Shown: positions 20,011 to 30,015 of the stretch, one piece after another
How positions within the stretch are numbered: position 1 is the first letter of the stretch
How the letters are laid out: each line of letters starts with the position of its first letter
NCBI GenBank assembly: GCA_965198235.1
Contig: OZ240248.1
Location: 2,624,001-2,688,000, forward strand
Direction of reading: 5' to 3'
Origin: Candidatus Poribacteria bacterium
GTDB taxonomy: Bacteria > Poribacteria > WGA-4E > WGA-3G
Length of the DNA: 64,000 nt
Made by a program: the position numbers and the translations under genes
Notes under the pieces: model-generated
Seen by the model: only the letters and a program-made list of their open reading frames with translations
Told to the model about the DNA's origin: nothing
The model's database searches: none

Positions 20011-21717
20011 ATGTTAACAAAACTGATTTGCCGTAATTTCAAAAACTTTGGCGAAGTCGAGATTGAATTAGGGAATCCCGTCGTTTTCATCGGTCCAAAT
20101 AACTCTGGCAAGACGACAGCGTTACAAGCACTCGCTCTGTGGGAGATAGGGCTCAAACGATGGAACGAGAATCGCAAGGGGAAAACAAACCCAGAAAAGC
20201 GTCCGGGTGTTGTTATCAACCGACGCGACCTCATTTCCGTTCCGGTCCCAAGTGCGCGATTACTCTGGCGAAATTTGCAAGTCCGCGATCCGCAAAATGT
20301 CCGTATAGATATTATCGTTGAGGGTGTCACAATAGGCAAAGAATGGAAATGTGGTTTGGAATTTGATTATGCCAATCAGGAATCTTTTTACTGCCGTCCT
20401 TTGAGAATGCCGGACACAGATGAGAAAGGTCCTAAACGAATGCCTGTTCCTAACGAAGCGGAAAAACTTTCTGTTGCCTACCTTCCCCCGATGTCTGGTC
20501 TCGCCTCTAGTGAATTACGCCTTGACCCAGGGGCGATCAATGTTCGTATCGGAGAAGGACGGACAGCAGAAGTCTTGCGTAATATTTGCTATCAGGTTTC
20601 ACATGAGACCCAAAAATGGGAAAAACTCTGTGAGCAAATCAGTGCGTTGTTTGGTGTGTCCCTTGATGAACCGCATTATATTCAGGAACGTGGGGAAATT
20701 GCAATGGACTTTCGAGATGAATCTGGCATTTCTCTAGACCTCTCTTCATCGGGACGTGGCTTGCAACAAACGCTACTGCTACTTGCCTACATCGCAGCGC
20801 ATCCTGGATCTGTCCTTTTGCTTGATGAGCCAGATGCGCATCTTGAGATCCTTCGACAGCGTCAGATTTACCAAGTGCTTACAGAATTAGCGCGGGAACA
20901 TGGCAGTCAAATCGTTGCCGCCAGTCATTCTGAGGTTATTCTAAACGAAGCAGCAGGCCGTGATGTTGTTATCGCCTTTCTCGGCACGCCCCACCGAATT
21001 GATGATCGCGGTAGTCATCTTATTAAATCGCTTCGGACGATTGGTTTTGAGCAGTACTATCAGTCACAGCAACAGGGCTGGGTACTTTACCTTGAAGGTG
21101 CAACGGATCTCGCAATCCTGCGGGCGTTTGCTGAAAAACTTTCACATGACGCGATGGCTGTGTTAGAACGTCCTTACGTTCATTATGTTGGTAATCAACC
21201 GACGGAGGCACGTAAACACTTTTACGGTTTGCGTGAGGCAAAGCCTGATCTCGTCGGATTCTGTCTCTTCGATCGAATTTCTGACCAACTTCAGACTCCT
21301 CCTGAATTAATAGAATACGCGTGGCAAAGGCGTGAGATTGAGAATTACATTGTGTCCAGCAGACAGGTGCTAATTGACTGGGCACGTGCGGAGGGGGAAG
21401 AACGAACTGAAGGTCCACTATTCTCAATACCCTGGGTATCTACAATGGAGGAAAGGATTACGGAGATCGAAAACGCCCGTGCAACACTTCGTCAAGAATC
21501 ACCTTGGTCTCCAGATATCAAAGTGACTGACGATTTTTTGGATGGACTGTTTGAAACGTTCTTTGAAAAATTGGAAATGCCGAACCTCATGCAAAAGACA
21601 AATTATCATACTTTAGTCCAATATGTGCCAGTAGACCAGATTGACCCTGAAATCGCCAAAGTGCTTGATGCTATTTTGGAGGTTGCAGAAAAAGCAGTGC
21701 CGTTGAGCAGTGTGTAA
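20011..21717 (+). CDS. OLD-like ATP-dependent nuclease (ABC-type ATPase plus TOPRIM)
   Basis: Walker A GPNNSGKT, signature SSSGRG, Walker B LLLDEPDAHL, ASHS; TOPRIM-like LYLEGATD...FD, REIENY. Confidence 0.78.
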   Translation: MLTKLICRNFKNFGEVEIELGNPVVFIGPNNSGKTTALQALALWEIGLKRWNENRKGKTNPEKRPGVVINRRDLISVPVPSARLLWRNLQVRDPQNVRIDIIVEGVTIGKEWKCGLEFDYANQESFYCRPLRMPDTDEKGPKRMPVPNEAEKLSVAYLPPMSGLASSELRLDPGAINVRIGEGRTAEVLRNICYQVSHETQKWEKLCEQISALFGVSLDEPHYIQERGEIAMDFRDESGISLDLSSSGRGLQQTLLLLAYIAAHPGSVLLLDEPDAHLEILRQRQIYQVLTELAREHGSQIVAASHSEVILNEAAGRDVVIAFLGTPHRIDDRGSHLIKSLRTIGFEQYYQSQQQGWVLYLEGATDLAILRAFAEKLSHDAMAVLERPYVHYVGNQPTEARKHFYGLREAKPDLVGFCLFDRISDQLQTPPELIEYAWQRREIENYIVSSRQVLIDWARAEGEERTEGPLFSIPWVSTMEERITEIENARATLRQESPWSPDIKVTDDFLDGLFETFFEKLEMPNLMQKTNYHTLVQYVPVDQIDPEIAKVLDAILEVAEKAVPLSSV

Positions 21718-21736
21718 ACTATAAAACGGAGGCTGA

Positions 21737-22213
21737 ATGGTAAAAGTATCCCTCAGAACCATTACGCCGGAGAATCTTGACGAGTGTATTTCCCTAAAGG
21801 TAGCTGATCATCAAAAGGGATTCGTTGCCCCCAATATATACTCCCTTGCCCAAGCGTCTGTCAGTCCAAGGTATCATCCTTTCGGCATCTATGACGCAGA
21901 TGCCCATTACCGAGCGGATCCATCTATGGTAGGATTCGTAATGTATGGCCTTAGCAATGCCCGCGGCTTCATCTTACGTTTGATGATAGACGAAAAGTTT
22001 CAAAGGAGAGGATATGGTAAAGCCGCTATGGTTGAAGTGATACGCAGATTGAAATTACATCCAGAGGTCGAGCGGATTGCAACAAGCCATGATAGGAAAA
22101 ATGAAGCTGCCGCGCGACTTTATGAAAGTTTGGGATTCGTTGATTGGAAACATAAATCAAGGACGGACGATTCCGGTGAAAGGTATCTGATTCTTCAAGA
22201 GGATAGTATCTAA
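21737..22213 (+). CDS. GNAT N-acetyltransferase (spermidine acetyltransferase-like)
   Basis: RLMIDEKFQRRGYGK, NEAAARLYESLGF. Confidence 0.88.
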   Translation: MVKVSLRTITPENLDECISLKVADHQKGFVAPNIYSLAQASVSPRYHPFGIYDADAHYRADPSMVGFVMYGLSNARGFILRLMIDEKFQRRGYGKAAMVEVIRRLKLHPEVERIATSHDRKNEAAARLYESLGFVDWKHKSRTDDSGERYLILQEDSI

Positions 22214-22231
22214 CTATACGGAGGAGAAAGC

Positions 22232-23245
22232 GTGGAATATAGGAGACTGGGAAAAAGTGGAATTAAGGTATCCGAAATCTGTTTAGGCACGATGACCTTC
22301 GGTCACGGTGCTGACGAGGCAGAGTCAAACCGCATGGTAGATCTCGCTTTGGATGCCGGTGTCAACTTTTTTGACACGGCGAACTCTTATGCCGAAGGCG
22401 AATCCGAAGTACTTCTTGGTAAAGCACTCAAGGGGAAACGTCGCGACGCAGTTATAGCGACGAAGTTTTTCAACCCGATGGGTACCGGTCCCAACGATTC
22501 CGGGATGTCGCGCGCGCATATTATGCAAGCGATTGGCGATAGCCTCAAACGTCTCCAGATGGACTATGTAGACATCTACTATATTCACCACGTCGATACA
22601 CAAACACCGTTAGAAGAGATGCTTCGTGCCTTGGACGATCTCGTCCGGCAGGGGAAAGTCCGCTATACGGCGTGTAGCAACTACCAAGCGTGGCTGTTAT
22701 CCGAAGCACTATGGCTCAGCGATATAAACAATTGGACACGCTTTGCATGCTATCAACCGCAATATAGTCTCGTTGTCCGGGATATAGAACAGGAGATCGT
22801 GCCGCTTTGTGAACTCAAAGGGCTTGGTGTCGTCGTATGGAGTCCGTTAGCCGGTGGATTCCTGTCTGGCAAATACAAGCCGGGCGAGCGAACGCAAGGC
22901 GGAACGCGATCCGCTGAAGGGTGGGCATACCCGGAACGCTATTTCGCAGAAAACGCCGATGAAACGTTGCAGGCAGTCCTTGAGGTTTCTGATGAACTTG
23001 GACGTAGCCCCGCGCAGGTCGCACTCCGTTGGGTCCTCGAACAGCGAGCGATGACTTCGGTGATTGTCGGCGCAAGGCACGCCGGGCATTTGCGCGATAA
23101 TCTCGGCGCATCTGGATGGAGACTTGAGGGCGAGGCACTCCAAAAACTCAACGAAGTTTCACATCTGCCAGATCGGTACCCTGAAGCGATGGAAAAGAAT
23201 GTGCATGAACGGCGGGACAGCGCAGTCGATATGCCGCGGTTGTAG
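22232..23245 (+). CDS. Aldo/keto reductase
   Basis: LGTMTFG, FDTANSY, IATK, WSPLAGGFLSGKY, QVALRW. Confidence 0.92.
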   Translation: MEYRRLGKSGIKVSEICLGTMTFGHGADEAESNRMVDLALDAGVNFFDTANSYAEGESEVLLGKALKGKRRDAVIATKFFNPMGTGPNDSGMSRAHIMQAIGDSLKRLQMDYVDIYYIHHVDTQTPLEEMLRALDDLVRQGKVRYTACSNYQAWLLSEALWLSDINNWTRFACYQPQYSLVVRDIEQEIVPLCELKGLGVVVWSPLAGGFLSGKYKPGERTQGGTRSAEGWAYPERYFAENADETLQAVLEVSDELGRSPAQVALRWVLEQRAMTSVIVGARHAGHLRDNLGASGWRLEGEALQKLNEVSHLPDRYPEAMEKNVHERRDSAVDMPRL

Positions 23246-23384
23246 AGGTCACATCAGCAGAAATCCGAACTTTTCTCTTTCAGATCTGACTAACTTAAAC
23301 AGTGAACACTTTTAGCGAATGAGGGTGGCACGAAAGAACATATTATTAAACCCTTTCGGACTTTAAGATCAGGAGGGAGTTTCC

Positions 23385-25448
23385 ATGATAGGAAAATTAG
23401 GAAAATGGAAAATTATTGCAATTGTCGGTGCAGTGCTGTTAGTGGTGGCTGCGGTCGCCGTGGGGCGCATCGTATTTACAAACGCGAACGGAACAGATAG
23501 TGCTGAAATGTCAGAATTAAAGACCGCAACGGTCGAACGGGGCGACATTGCTGTGGAAATTGACGCAACAGGTACTATCAAGCCGTTGAATATTGTTAAG
23601 GTCAGTTCCAAAGCGAGTGGAAAGATTCTGGAACTTAAGGTTGACGCAGGTGATTACGTTGAGAAGGATGAAATCATTGCGATCGTTGAAACGACCTACG
23701 TGCAGATCAGTTTAGAACAAGCACAAGCCGATTTGAGATCTGCCGAAGCACGTTTGCAACAGGCAGAAATTGACTTTGAACTTCAAAAGGAGCAGTCGGC
23801 AATCCAGATTCGGCAGGCGAGGGAATCTCTCGCTGAAGCTACACGCCGCCTCATCCAATTGAAGGAAGAGATCCGTCTTGAAAAGGTAGCGAATGCACGC
23901 GGCGTGATGGATGCCGAAAACAGTCTGAACATCTCCAAGATTCGGTATAAGTTGCTAACCTCTGATGAGGTCCGGGAGGAAAATAGACAGCGCGCGAAAA
24001 ACTCCCTGGAGCAGGAAGAGGCAAACTTAGAGTTGGTAACGTCAGAACATAAAAGAAATAAGACACTTTACGAGAAAGAACTCATTTCACAAGCCGCATT
24101 AGAATCTTCACAGGCACAACTTAAATCGGCACAAGCACGGCATCAGTCCGCTGTTGAAAATCTAAAACTGGTAGAGAAACCCGCCACTGAAGCTGAACTT
24201 GAATTGGGACAAGCCGATATTAGGAAGGCAGAATTTAACCGTGAAATCGCCGAAGAACGGGTAGAGGCTGAAGCCACACGAGACATGGATATTGAACTTC
24301 AGAATCAGCGGATTGTGCAGGCTGAAGAGTCTTTGAAACTCGTGGAAGCGAATCGGAAACAGATTGAACGTAAGGAACGCGATCTGGAAACTGCACATTC
24401 ATCGGTTAAACGCAGTGAAACGCAGCTGGAACTCCGTCAAATTGAGTATGACGATACAACCATCAAGGCACCCATCTCTGGAACGATTCTTGAAAAACTG
24501 GTCGAGGAGGGACAGGTGATTACTTCACGCCTCTCCTCACTCGCCTCAGAAGAAGGACAAACGCTTGTCACGATGGCAGACCTTGACACTGTCTATGTCG
24601 TAACAGAGGTTGATGAGACTGACATCGGTAAGGTAGAGATAGGACAACCCGTGACCATCACAGTCGAAGCCTATCCCGATACGCCGTTTCAGGGGGAAGT
24701 TTTGAAGATCGCACCCCAGGGACAATCCCTTCAGAATGTGACGACTTTTGAGGTAACCTCCGAGTTGAAAAATGTGGAAGCTACAAGTACACGGCAAGGC
24801 ATGGCACGTGGCGGCGGAAGATGGCAGGGCGGTGCCCGTCCCGACATGGCGAATATGACTGAGGAGCAGCGCGAACGTTTCCAAGCAATGCGTCAGCAAC
24901 GTCAAGCAGAAGGCGGTGGTACCGGTGAAAGATCAAGACCGACCTCCCCAGAAGCATCCGCGCAACCAACACAGGAACAGCCTGTTGCGAAGGCGGAAGA
25001 GACCAATGACGACGATTTGGGTGGGCTTTTCGGTGGCTTTTTTGCAGAAGCACCCGCTGTGGAAGCACCCACGCAACCTGAACCGGTAGAGACTGAAGAT
25101 ACAAAGATACCCTACCTCAAACCCGGCATGAACGCCAGTGTTCAAATTTCCGCTGTCAACAGAATGGATATTCTTACCCTGCCAGCCGAAGCTGTCCTTG
25201 ATATGCGCGGCAGGAAAATGGTTAGAATCGTCGGTGAAGACGGTCAACCCGGACGTCCGCAGCCCGTCGTGACCGGGGTCAGTAGTTTTGACAAGATCGA
25301 AATTATCTCAGGACTTGCTGAAGGTGATGTCGTCGCAATCGGCGGCTTTGGAGGCGGCGGTGCTGGCGGCAGCGAAACTTGGCGACAGATGATGCGGAAT
25401 CCAGCGTCCACAATGCGTCGAATGGGCGGAAGCGGACGGGGGCGATAG
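23385..25448 (+). CDS. MacA-like efflux periplasmic adaptor subunit with long coiled coil
   Basis: N-terminal TM, VERGDI...ATGTIKP, IKAPISGTI, VDETDIGKV, LKPGMNA. Confidence 0.85.
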   Translation: MIGKLGKWKIIAIVGAVLLVVAAVAVGRIVFTNANGTDSAEMSELKTATVERGDIAVEIDATGTIKPLNIVKVSSKASGKILELKVDAGDYVEKDEIIAIVETTYVQISLEQAQADLRSAEARLQQAEIDFELQKEQSAIQIRQARESLAEATRRLIQLKEEIRLEKVANARGVMDAENSLNISKIRYKLLTSDEVREENRQRAKNSLEQEEANLELVTSEHKRNKTLYEKELISQAALESSQAQLKSAQARHQSAVENLKLVEKPATEAELELGQADIRKAEFNREIAEERVEAEATRDMDIELQNQRIVQAEESLKLVEANRKQIERKERDLETAHSSVKRSETQLELRQIEYDDTTIKAPISGTILEKLVEEGQVITSRLSSLASEEGQTLVTMADLDTVYVVTEVDETDIGKVEIGQPVTITVEAYPDTPFQGEVLKIAPQGQSLQNVTTFEVTSELKNVEATSTRQGMARGGGRWQGGARPDMANMTEEQRERFQAMRQQRQAEGGGTGERSRPTSPEASAQPTQEQPVAKAEETNDDDLGGLFGGFFAEAPAVEAPTQPEPVETEDTKIPYLKPGMNASVQISAVNRMDILTLPAEAVLDMRGRKMVRIVGEDGQPGRPQPVVTGVSSFDKIEIISGLAEGDVVAIGGFGGGGAGGSETWRQMMRNPASTMRRMGGSGRGR

Positions 25449-25502
25449 GCTGATTGACCGTTTTATAGGCGCATTTCACAACCGCGCCAAGGAGAGAGCA
25501 CC

Positions 25503-26714
25503 GTGAGTATCTTGGAGAGTCTTACAAACGCATTAACTGCCTTGTTGGCAAATAAACTCCGATCTATTTTGACGATGTTAGGTGTGATCATCGGTGTCGG
25601 CGCAATTATAACCACGACCTCGATTGGTGAAGGCGCGAAAGCCGACATCACTGAACGGATTCAGACATTGGGAGCGAACATTCTCGCTGTCCGTCCAGGG
25701 CAAAGTCGGTTCCGGGGACGTGGATCTGCTGATGCTCGGAAAAGTCTCACCGTCCAGGACATGGCGGCTTTAGAGGAGCGCGGGCAAAGTTTTGGTTATG
25801 TCACGCCTGAGGTCAGTAGCCGTGCACAGGTGAAGTACCTCAGTAAAAATACAAACACAACTATCGTCGGAACATCTCCAGCTTATCTCGTCACCGCGAA
25901 CTTTACGGTTGAGAAAGGGCGATTTTTTACTGATAGTGAGATCCGCTACCGTCAGCGCGTATGCATCCTCGGCAAAACCGTTGTTGACAACCTCTTTGAA
26001 ACCATAGAACCCGTCGGCAAGACAGTAAAAATTAAGGGGGTCGGTTTTCATGTCTTGGGTGTTATGAAGGAGAAGGGCGCGAGTGGTTGGCGAAACCCAG
26101 ATGACCAGGTTTTCATCCCCTATTCAACTGCTATGAAACGCGTTTTCGGGGAGGACTACCTTTCCAGCATCAGTATACAGGCGAATGATGACAAACTCAT
26201 TCAAGCCGCGGAAACTGAGGTAACAGAACTCCTCCGCAAGCAACACAAGATCCCAATAAACAAAGAACTTGATTTTCATATCCGCAATCAGGCGGAATTT
26301 ATGGAAACTTTGGAAGAGTCGAGCCAAACTTTTACCAACATGATTTTGGGGATTGCTGTCGTTTCTCTCGTCGTCGGTGGTATCGGTATCATGAACATTA
26401 TGCTCGTCTCTGTGACGGAGCGAACGAGAGAGATTGGACTCCGGAAAGCCGTTGGTGCACAGCGCTCCGATATCCTCGTTCAATTCCTTGTTGAGTCTAC
26501 GACGCTCGCACTCCTCGGAGGCCTCGTCGGCATTGGTGTTGGCATCATCGGCGCGGAAGCAGTGCCATCAATCTGGGGATGGCGAACCGTCATCTCACTG
26601 ATGTACGCAGTGCTCTCTTTTGTTGTCAGCGCGTTGGTTGGGGTCTTTTTCGGCGCATATCCCGCATGGAAGGCAGCAAAACTCCATCCGATTGATGCAC
26701 TCAGACACGAATAA
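25503..26714 (+). CDS. MacB/FtsX-like ABC transporter permease
   Basis: NKLRSILTMLGVIIGV, GGIGIMNIMLVSVTERTREIGLRKAVGA, YPAWKAAKLHPIDALRHE. Confidence 0.92.
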   Translation: MSILESLTNALTALLANKLRSILTMLGVIIGVGAIITTTSIGEGAKADITERIQTLGANILAVRPGQSRFRGRGSADARKSLTVQDMAALEERGQSFGYVTPEVSSRAQVKYLSKNTNTTIVGTSPAYLVTANFTVEKGRFFTDSEIRYRQRVCILGKTVVDNLFETIEPVGKTVKIKGVGFHVLGVMKEKGASGWRNPDDQVFIPYSTAMKRVFGEDYLSSISIQANDDKLIQAAETEVTELLRKQHKIPINKELDFHIRNQAEFMETLEESSQTFTNMILGIAVVSLVVGGIGIMNIMLVSVTERTREIGLRKAVGAQRSDILVQFLVESTTLALLGGLVGIGVGIIGAEAVPSIWGWRTVISLMYAVLSFVVSALVGVFFGAYPAWKAAKLHPIDALRHE

Positions 26715-26736
26715 ATTACACCAGAGGCACGATTTC

Positions 26737-26843
26737 ATGAAGTTTAAATAAATATTTCGGTAATTCCATTTGAGAAAACGATTGTAGGGGGTTTTTGCTT
26801 GGGTGTTTTCCTAGGTCTTGTGCCTGCCCGCGTATTACTTCAT
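26737..26843. mobile_element. MITE family D copy (degenerate right end) containing a REP interrupted by the G/T micro-element
   Basis: Left end atgaagtttaaataaatatttcggtaat resembles 41046-41073; right end is collapsed to attacttcat; cargo is gtagggg[gtttttgcttgggtgttttcct]aggtcttgtgcctgccc. Confidence 0.55.
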
Positions 26844-27037
26844 CTAACCGTGCCTCTTCCTTTATTATGGTGGAATGCGAAATATGTAGACGCTTCGCTG
26901 AAGAGTAGGAGTCCCGTAGCTCAGGTTGTGCTGGTGAAGTTTCCCAACCTCGATTCTTCACACCGTGTTGCTAACGCTATGCTTTGCTACACGGGGTTAG
27001 GACACTGTTATTCATCAGGGGCAAAAAAGGAGTTCTG

Positions 27038-27124
27038 GCACTCCAGCGGAGTGTTATGTCTATAGAAAGTGCTTAGGAAACCGTGTGCAAACGCCACCAA
27101 CTCGTTAGGTAGCAGCTTGGATTA
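27038..27124. repeat. CTCCAGCGGAG hairpin plus a family C MITE end
   Basis: gcactccagcggagtgttatgtctatag; ctcgttaggtagcagcttggatta is a near reverse complement of the 34409 left end. Confidence 0.6.
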
Positions 27125-27239
27125 TAGTGAAACCCGAAAATAAGTGAACACTTGTAGGGGAAACCGGTCTTGGGTTCTCCTGCCCAAAACACTCGCTAAC
27201 CTGGTCCTCCGTGTCCAAATAATTGTGGGCTTTACTATA
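27123..27239. mobile_element. MITE family B copy 3
   Basis: tatagtgaaacccgaaaataagtgaacacttgtag ... gtgtccaaataattgtgggctttactata. Confidence 0.75.
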
Positions 27240-27261
27240 TTATATAATAAAAGGAATTAAG

Positions 27262-27978
27262 ATGGAAAAAATAGCAGTTATCGCAGGTGTAGGTCCCGGC
27301 TTAGGGGCGGCACTCGCGCGTAAATTTGTAAACGAAGGATGCGATGTAGCACTCCTTTCACGTTCATCCGCCTACATTAAAAACCTATCCACAAGATTGT
27401 CAGAATCTGGACGCACAGCCATACCTATTCCTACAGATATTACCGAGGCTGATCAGGTCGCACGGAGTTTCGCTCGCATTCGGGAAGAACTCGGTGATCC
27501 CGACATCTTGGTAAATCATGCGGCGAACGCCGCGTGGGGAAGTTTCGCAGACCTCACGCCCGAAGCGTTTGAGGGCGCGTGGCGGGTCTGCACGCTCGGT
27601 GGGTTCCTCTGTTCAAAACAGGTCGTTCCAGGGATGCTCAAGAAAGGGGGCGGGAATATTTTATTTACTGGGGCAACCTCTGCTGTCCGTGGTAGAGCCG
27701 GTGCGTTGGCGTTCAGCAGTGCCAAGTATGCGACACGAGGTTTGGCTTCAGCACTCGCCCGCGAAGTCGGTCCCCACGGCATCCATGTCGCCCATGTCAT
27801 CGTTGATGGGGTCATTGATACGCCGGGTGTGCGTCAACGCTATAGACTCTCGGAGAATGAACCGCTTCTTGAACCCGATGCGATTGCCAATACCTATTGG
27901 GCTTTAGTGCAGCAAGAACGGAGTGCGTGGACGTTTGAAGTAGATGTCCGACCCCACAACGAGGAATTCTTTACTTAG
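27262..27978 (+). CDS. Short-chain dehydrogenase/reductase
   Basis: AGVGPGLG, FTGATS, FSSAK, HVAHVIVDG. Confidence 0.88.
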   Translation: MEKIAVIAGVGPGLGAALARKFVNEGCDVALLSRSSAYIKNLSTRLSESGRTAIPIPTDITEADQVARSFARIREELGDPDILVNHAANAAWGSFADLTPEAFEGAWRVCTLGGFLCSKQVVPGMLKKGGGNILFTGATSAVRGRAGALAFSSAKYATRGLASALAREVGPHGIHVAHVIVDGVIDTPGVRQRYRLSENEPLLEPDAIANTYWALVQQERSAWTFEVDVRPHNEEFFT

Positions 27979-27993
27979 GCGTTGCCTATTATA

Positions 27994-28149
27994 TAACTCA
28001 AGTTTCTACTAACAAATTCCGAACGTTTCAACGAAAATCTTAGGCATTTTCCTCACCCCAGCGGGGTGACATGTCTATAGAAATGGGGTTCACAACTTCT
28101 TGCACTCCAGCGGAGTGCTATGTGCACAAATTGATGGCAACTGAGGTTA
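27994..28149. mobile_element. MITE family C copy 2 with hairpin doublet
   Basis: taactcaagtttc ... gcaactgaggtta; junction repeats tattatata/tattacata; interior similar to 12046-12201. Confidence 0.72.
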
Positions 28150-28165
28150 TTACATATCTGTAGTC

Positions 28166-28417
28166 TGTAGGTTGGGTTGAACGGTACCAAACGACTCGGC
28201 TTCCCCAGAAACAAAAGTCCGTCGAAACGTCAGGTGTTCTGATAAAAAGGAAAATGAGTGAAACCCAACTTTAGAAGTGGCCGACATCCCCTGGGATAGG
28301 TATATGAAGTGTTGGGTTTCATTCGCCACTTTTCCAGTGGGCGATGTCTGTCTTAAAAATCGCCAGTTGTCTTGAGTTTGAAACGGTTTTGCTGTCATCC
28401 GTTCAACCCAACCTACA
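28166..28417. repeat. Long REPIN-like element with perfect 19-bp outer inverted repeat
   Basis: tgtaggttgggttgaacgg ... ccgttcaacccaacctaca; inner IR gagtgaaacccaac / gttgggtttcattc. Confidence 0.82.
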
Positions 28418-28456
28418 ACATTGTGGTCTCACTTTGCAAGCGCGTTGAGTTTTAAC

Positions 28457-29830
28457 CTAAAACGTACTCTCTTGTGAGGTCAAAGGACACCAGCGGGTCG
28501 TCTCAAGGTAACGAAGCAACACTGCCTTTGCCGCCGGTGTGCCGATACGATAGAGCGCATGTACAGCATCGCCGCGCACATAACGGTTTTCATCGAACAG
28601 CACATTTTCTAAGTCCGCAACCGCCTCACCAGCATTCTCACCAATCCGCGCCAACGCAAACACCGCATTTTGCCGTGCACCATCGTGTGGATCTTCCAAT
28701 GCCTTCACGAGACCGGGAACCGCAATCGAACTTGATTGACTCGTTGTTCCCAATGCCTCTATCGTATGCGACCGTACGGAGCCAGAGGCATCCGCTAACA
28801 TTTCTACCAGCGCAGGCACCGCTGATTCTGCCTTATTTCCCAAGTCGCCGAGTGCTTCCGCAGCGTTATCCCGCACGTGTTCACGGGAGTCTTTCAACGC
28901 CTCCTGCAAGGCATCAACGGCAGGCGTTCCGACCGCATTGAGCGCGTAACAAGCATTTCGGCGCGTCATCTCCGATTCATCTTGCAAACACTGCACCAGC
29001 GCAGGCACTGCCTTCTCACCAAATTGCGGCATTTCATAAGCCGCCCGCAATCCTGTTGATTCCGATGTACTATTGAGAGAACTGATGAAACCGGACAGTG
29101 ATTCACCGTTCGATGTCCCGTGCGCGTCGCTGTCTTCTATTCCGCGATGCCAGTTCCAAAGGTGCCGGAACATCTCTTGATGTTCGGCACGTCCCACAGA
29201 TGTGCCGTTTGCCCAGTCTGTTTCCTTATTCGCCCAGGTGGGTTCCTGCGGTTCTGACATCCGGGCATAGAGGAACTTCATCATATAGCGTTTCTTCTCG
29301 CTGCTGTTAGGCATCGCACGGTGCCACAGGTCGTAGTTTGCGAAAGCAACCGTTCCCGCTTTCCCAACGATCGGTTGTTCCAGCGAAATTTCTGCGCCTT
29401 CACGCGTGCTATAATAGTGACTCGTTGGAACCACACCCGTTGGCCCGAGTTCGATGGGAGTATCTTGGGGATAATAGAAAACCAGCAGCCTACGGGTATG
29501 ATGAGACCAGCGTTTCCCACCATCTTGGTGCATCCCCTGTCCATTACTACTGGGAGGGTTGTAGTGCGGATGGCGGTGCGGTTGCTTGTAGTAGTCCGCT
29601 CCAAGGAGGCTTGTCAGAGCCCCGCTCACGTTCGGATCGTCAAGAATTTGCTGGATCTCTGGTATCCGCGGCACCAGATTATTACCGGGATTGCCTTCCT
29701 TGTCAAAAACCGTTACCGTCTTTTCGTAGATTGCATCGTGGAATTGCGCAGGCAATGTGGTGGTGACGGTCACATAACCGTTCACAATGAAGTGCTGCAT
29801 CTGCGCGTCTGTTAAGAGGTGTGCTGCCAT
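28457..29830 (-). CDS. Phytanoyl-CoA dioxygenase (PhyH) family protein fused to HEAT repeats
   Basis: MHQDG (HxD), GPTGVVPTSH, LWHRA; C-terminal repeats such as VRDNAAEALGDLG and AVPALVEML. Confidence 0.85.
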   Translation of the reverse strand: MAAHLLTDAQMQHFIVNGYVTVTTTLPAQFHDAIYEKTVTVFDKEGNPGNNLVPRIPEIQQILDDPNVSGALTSLLGADYYKQPHRHPHYNPPSSNGQGMHQDGGKRWSHHTRRLLVFYYPQDTPIELGPTGVVPTSHYYSTREGAEISLEQPIVGKAGTVAFANYDLWHRAMPNSSEKKRYMMKFLYARMSEPQEPTWANKETDWANGTSVGRAEHQEMFRHLWNWHRGIEDSDAHGTSNGESLSGFISSLNSTSESTGLRAAYEMPQFGEKAVPALVQCLQDESEMTRRNACYALNAVGTPAVDALQEALKDSREHVRDNAAEALGDLGNKAESAVPALVEMLADASGSVRSHTIEALGTTSQSSSIAVPGLVKALEDPHDGARQNAVFALARIGENAGEAVADLENVLFDENRYVRGDAVHALYRIGTPAAKAVLLRYLETTRWCPLTSQESTF

Positions 29831-30015
29831 CTTTCCCCCTTTTTCTTTTACGAAACTCGATATAAACCCTATCTACAAGAATGTGAGTTGTCCTAATTAT
29901 TCCATAAAATTTCACAATTTTCAAGAAATTCTGCTATCAAATCCATAATTATGCTAAAATAACTAAGATTAGGTCGGATTTTAACGCATAACATACGAAC
30001 ATTGGAGGTTTCAGG

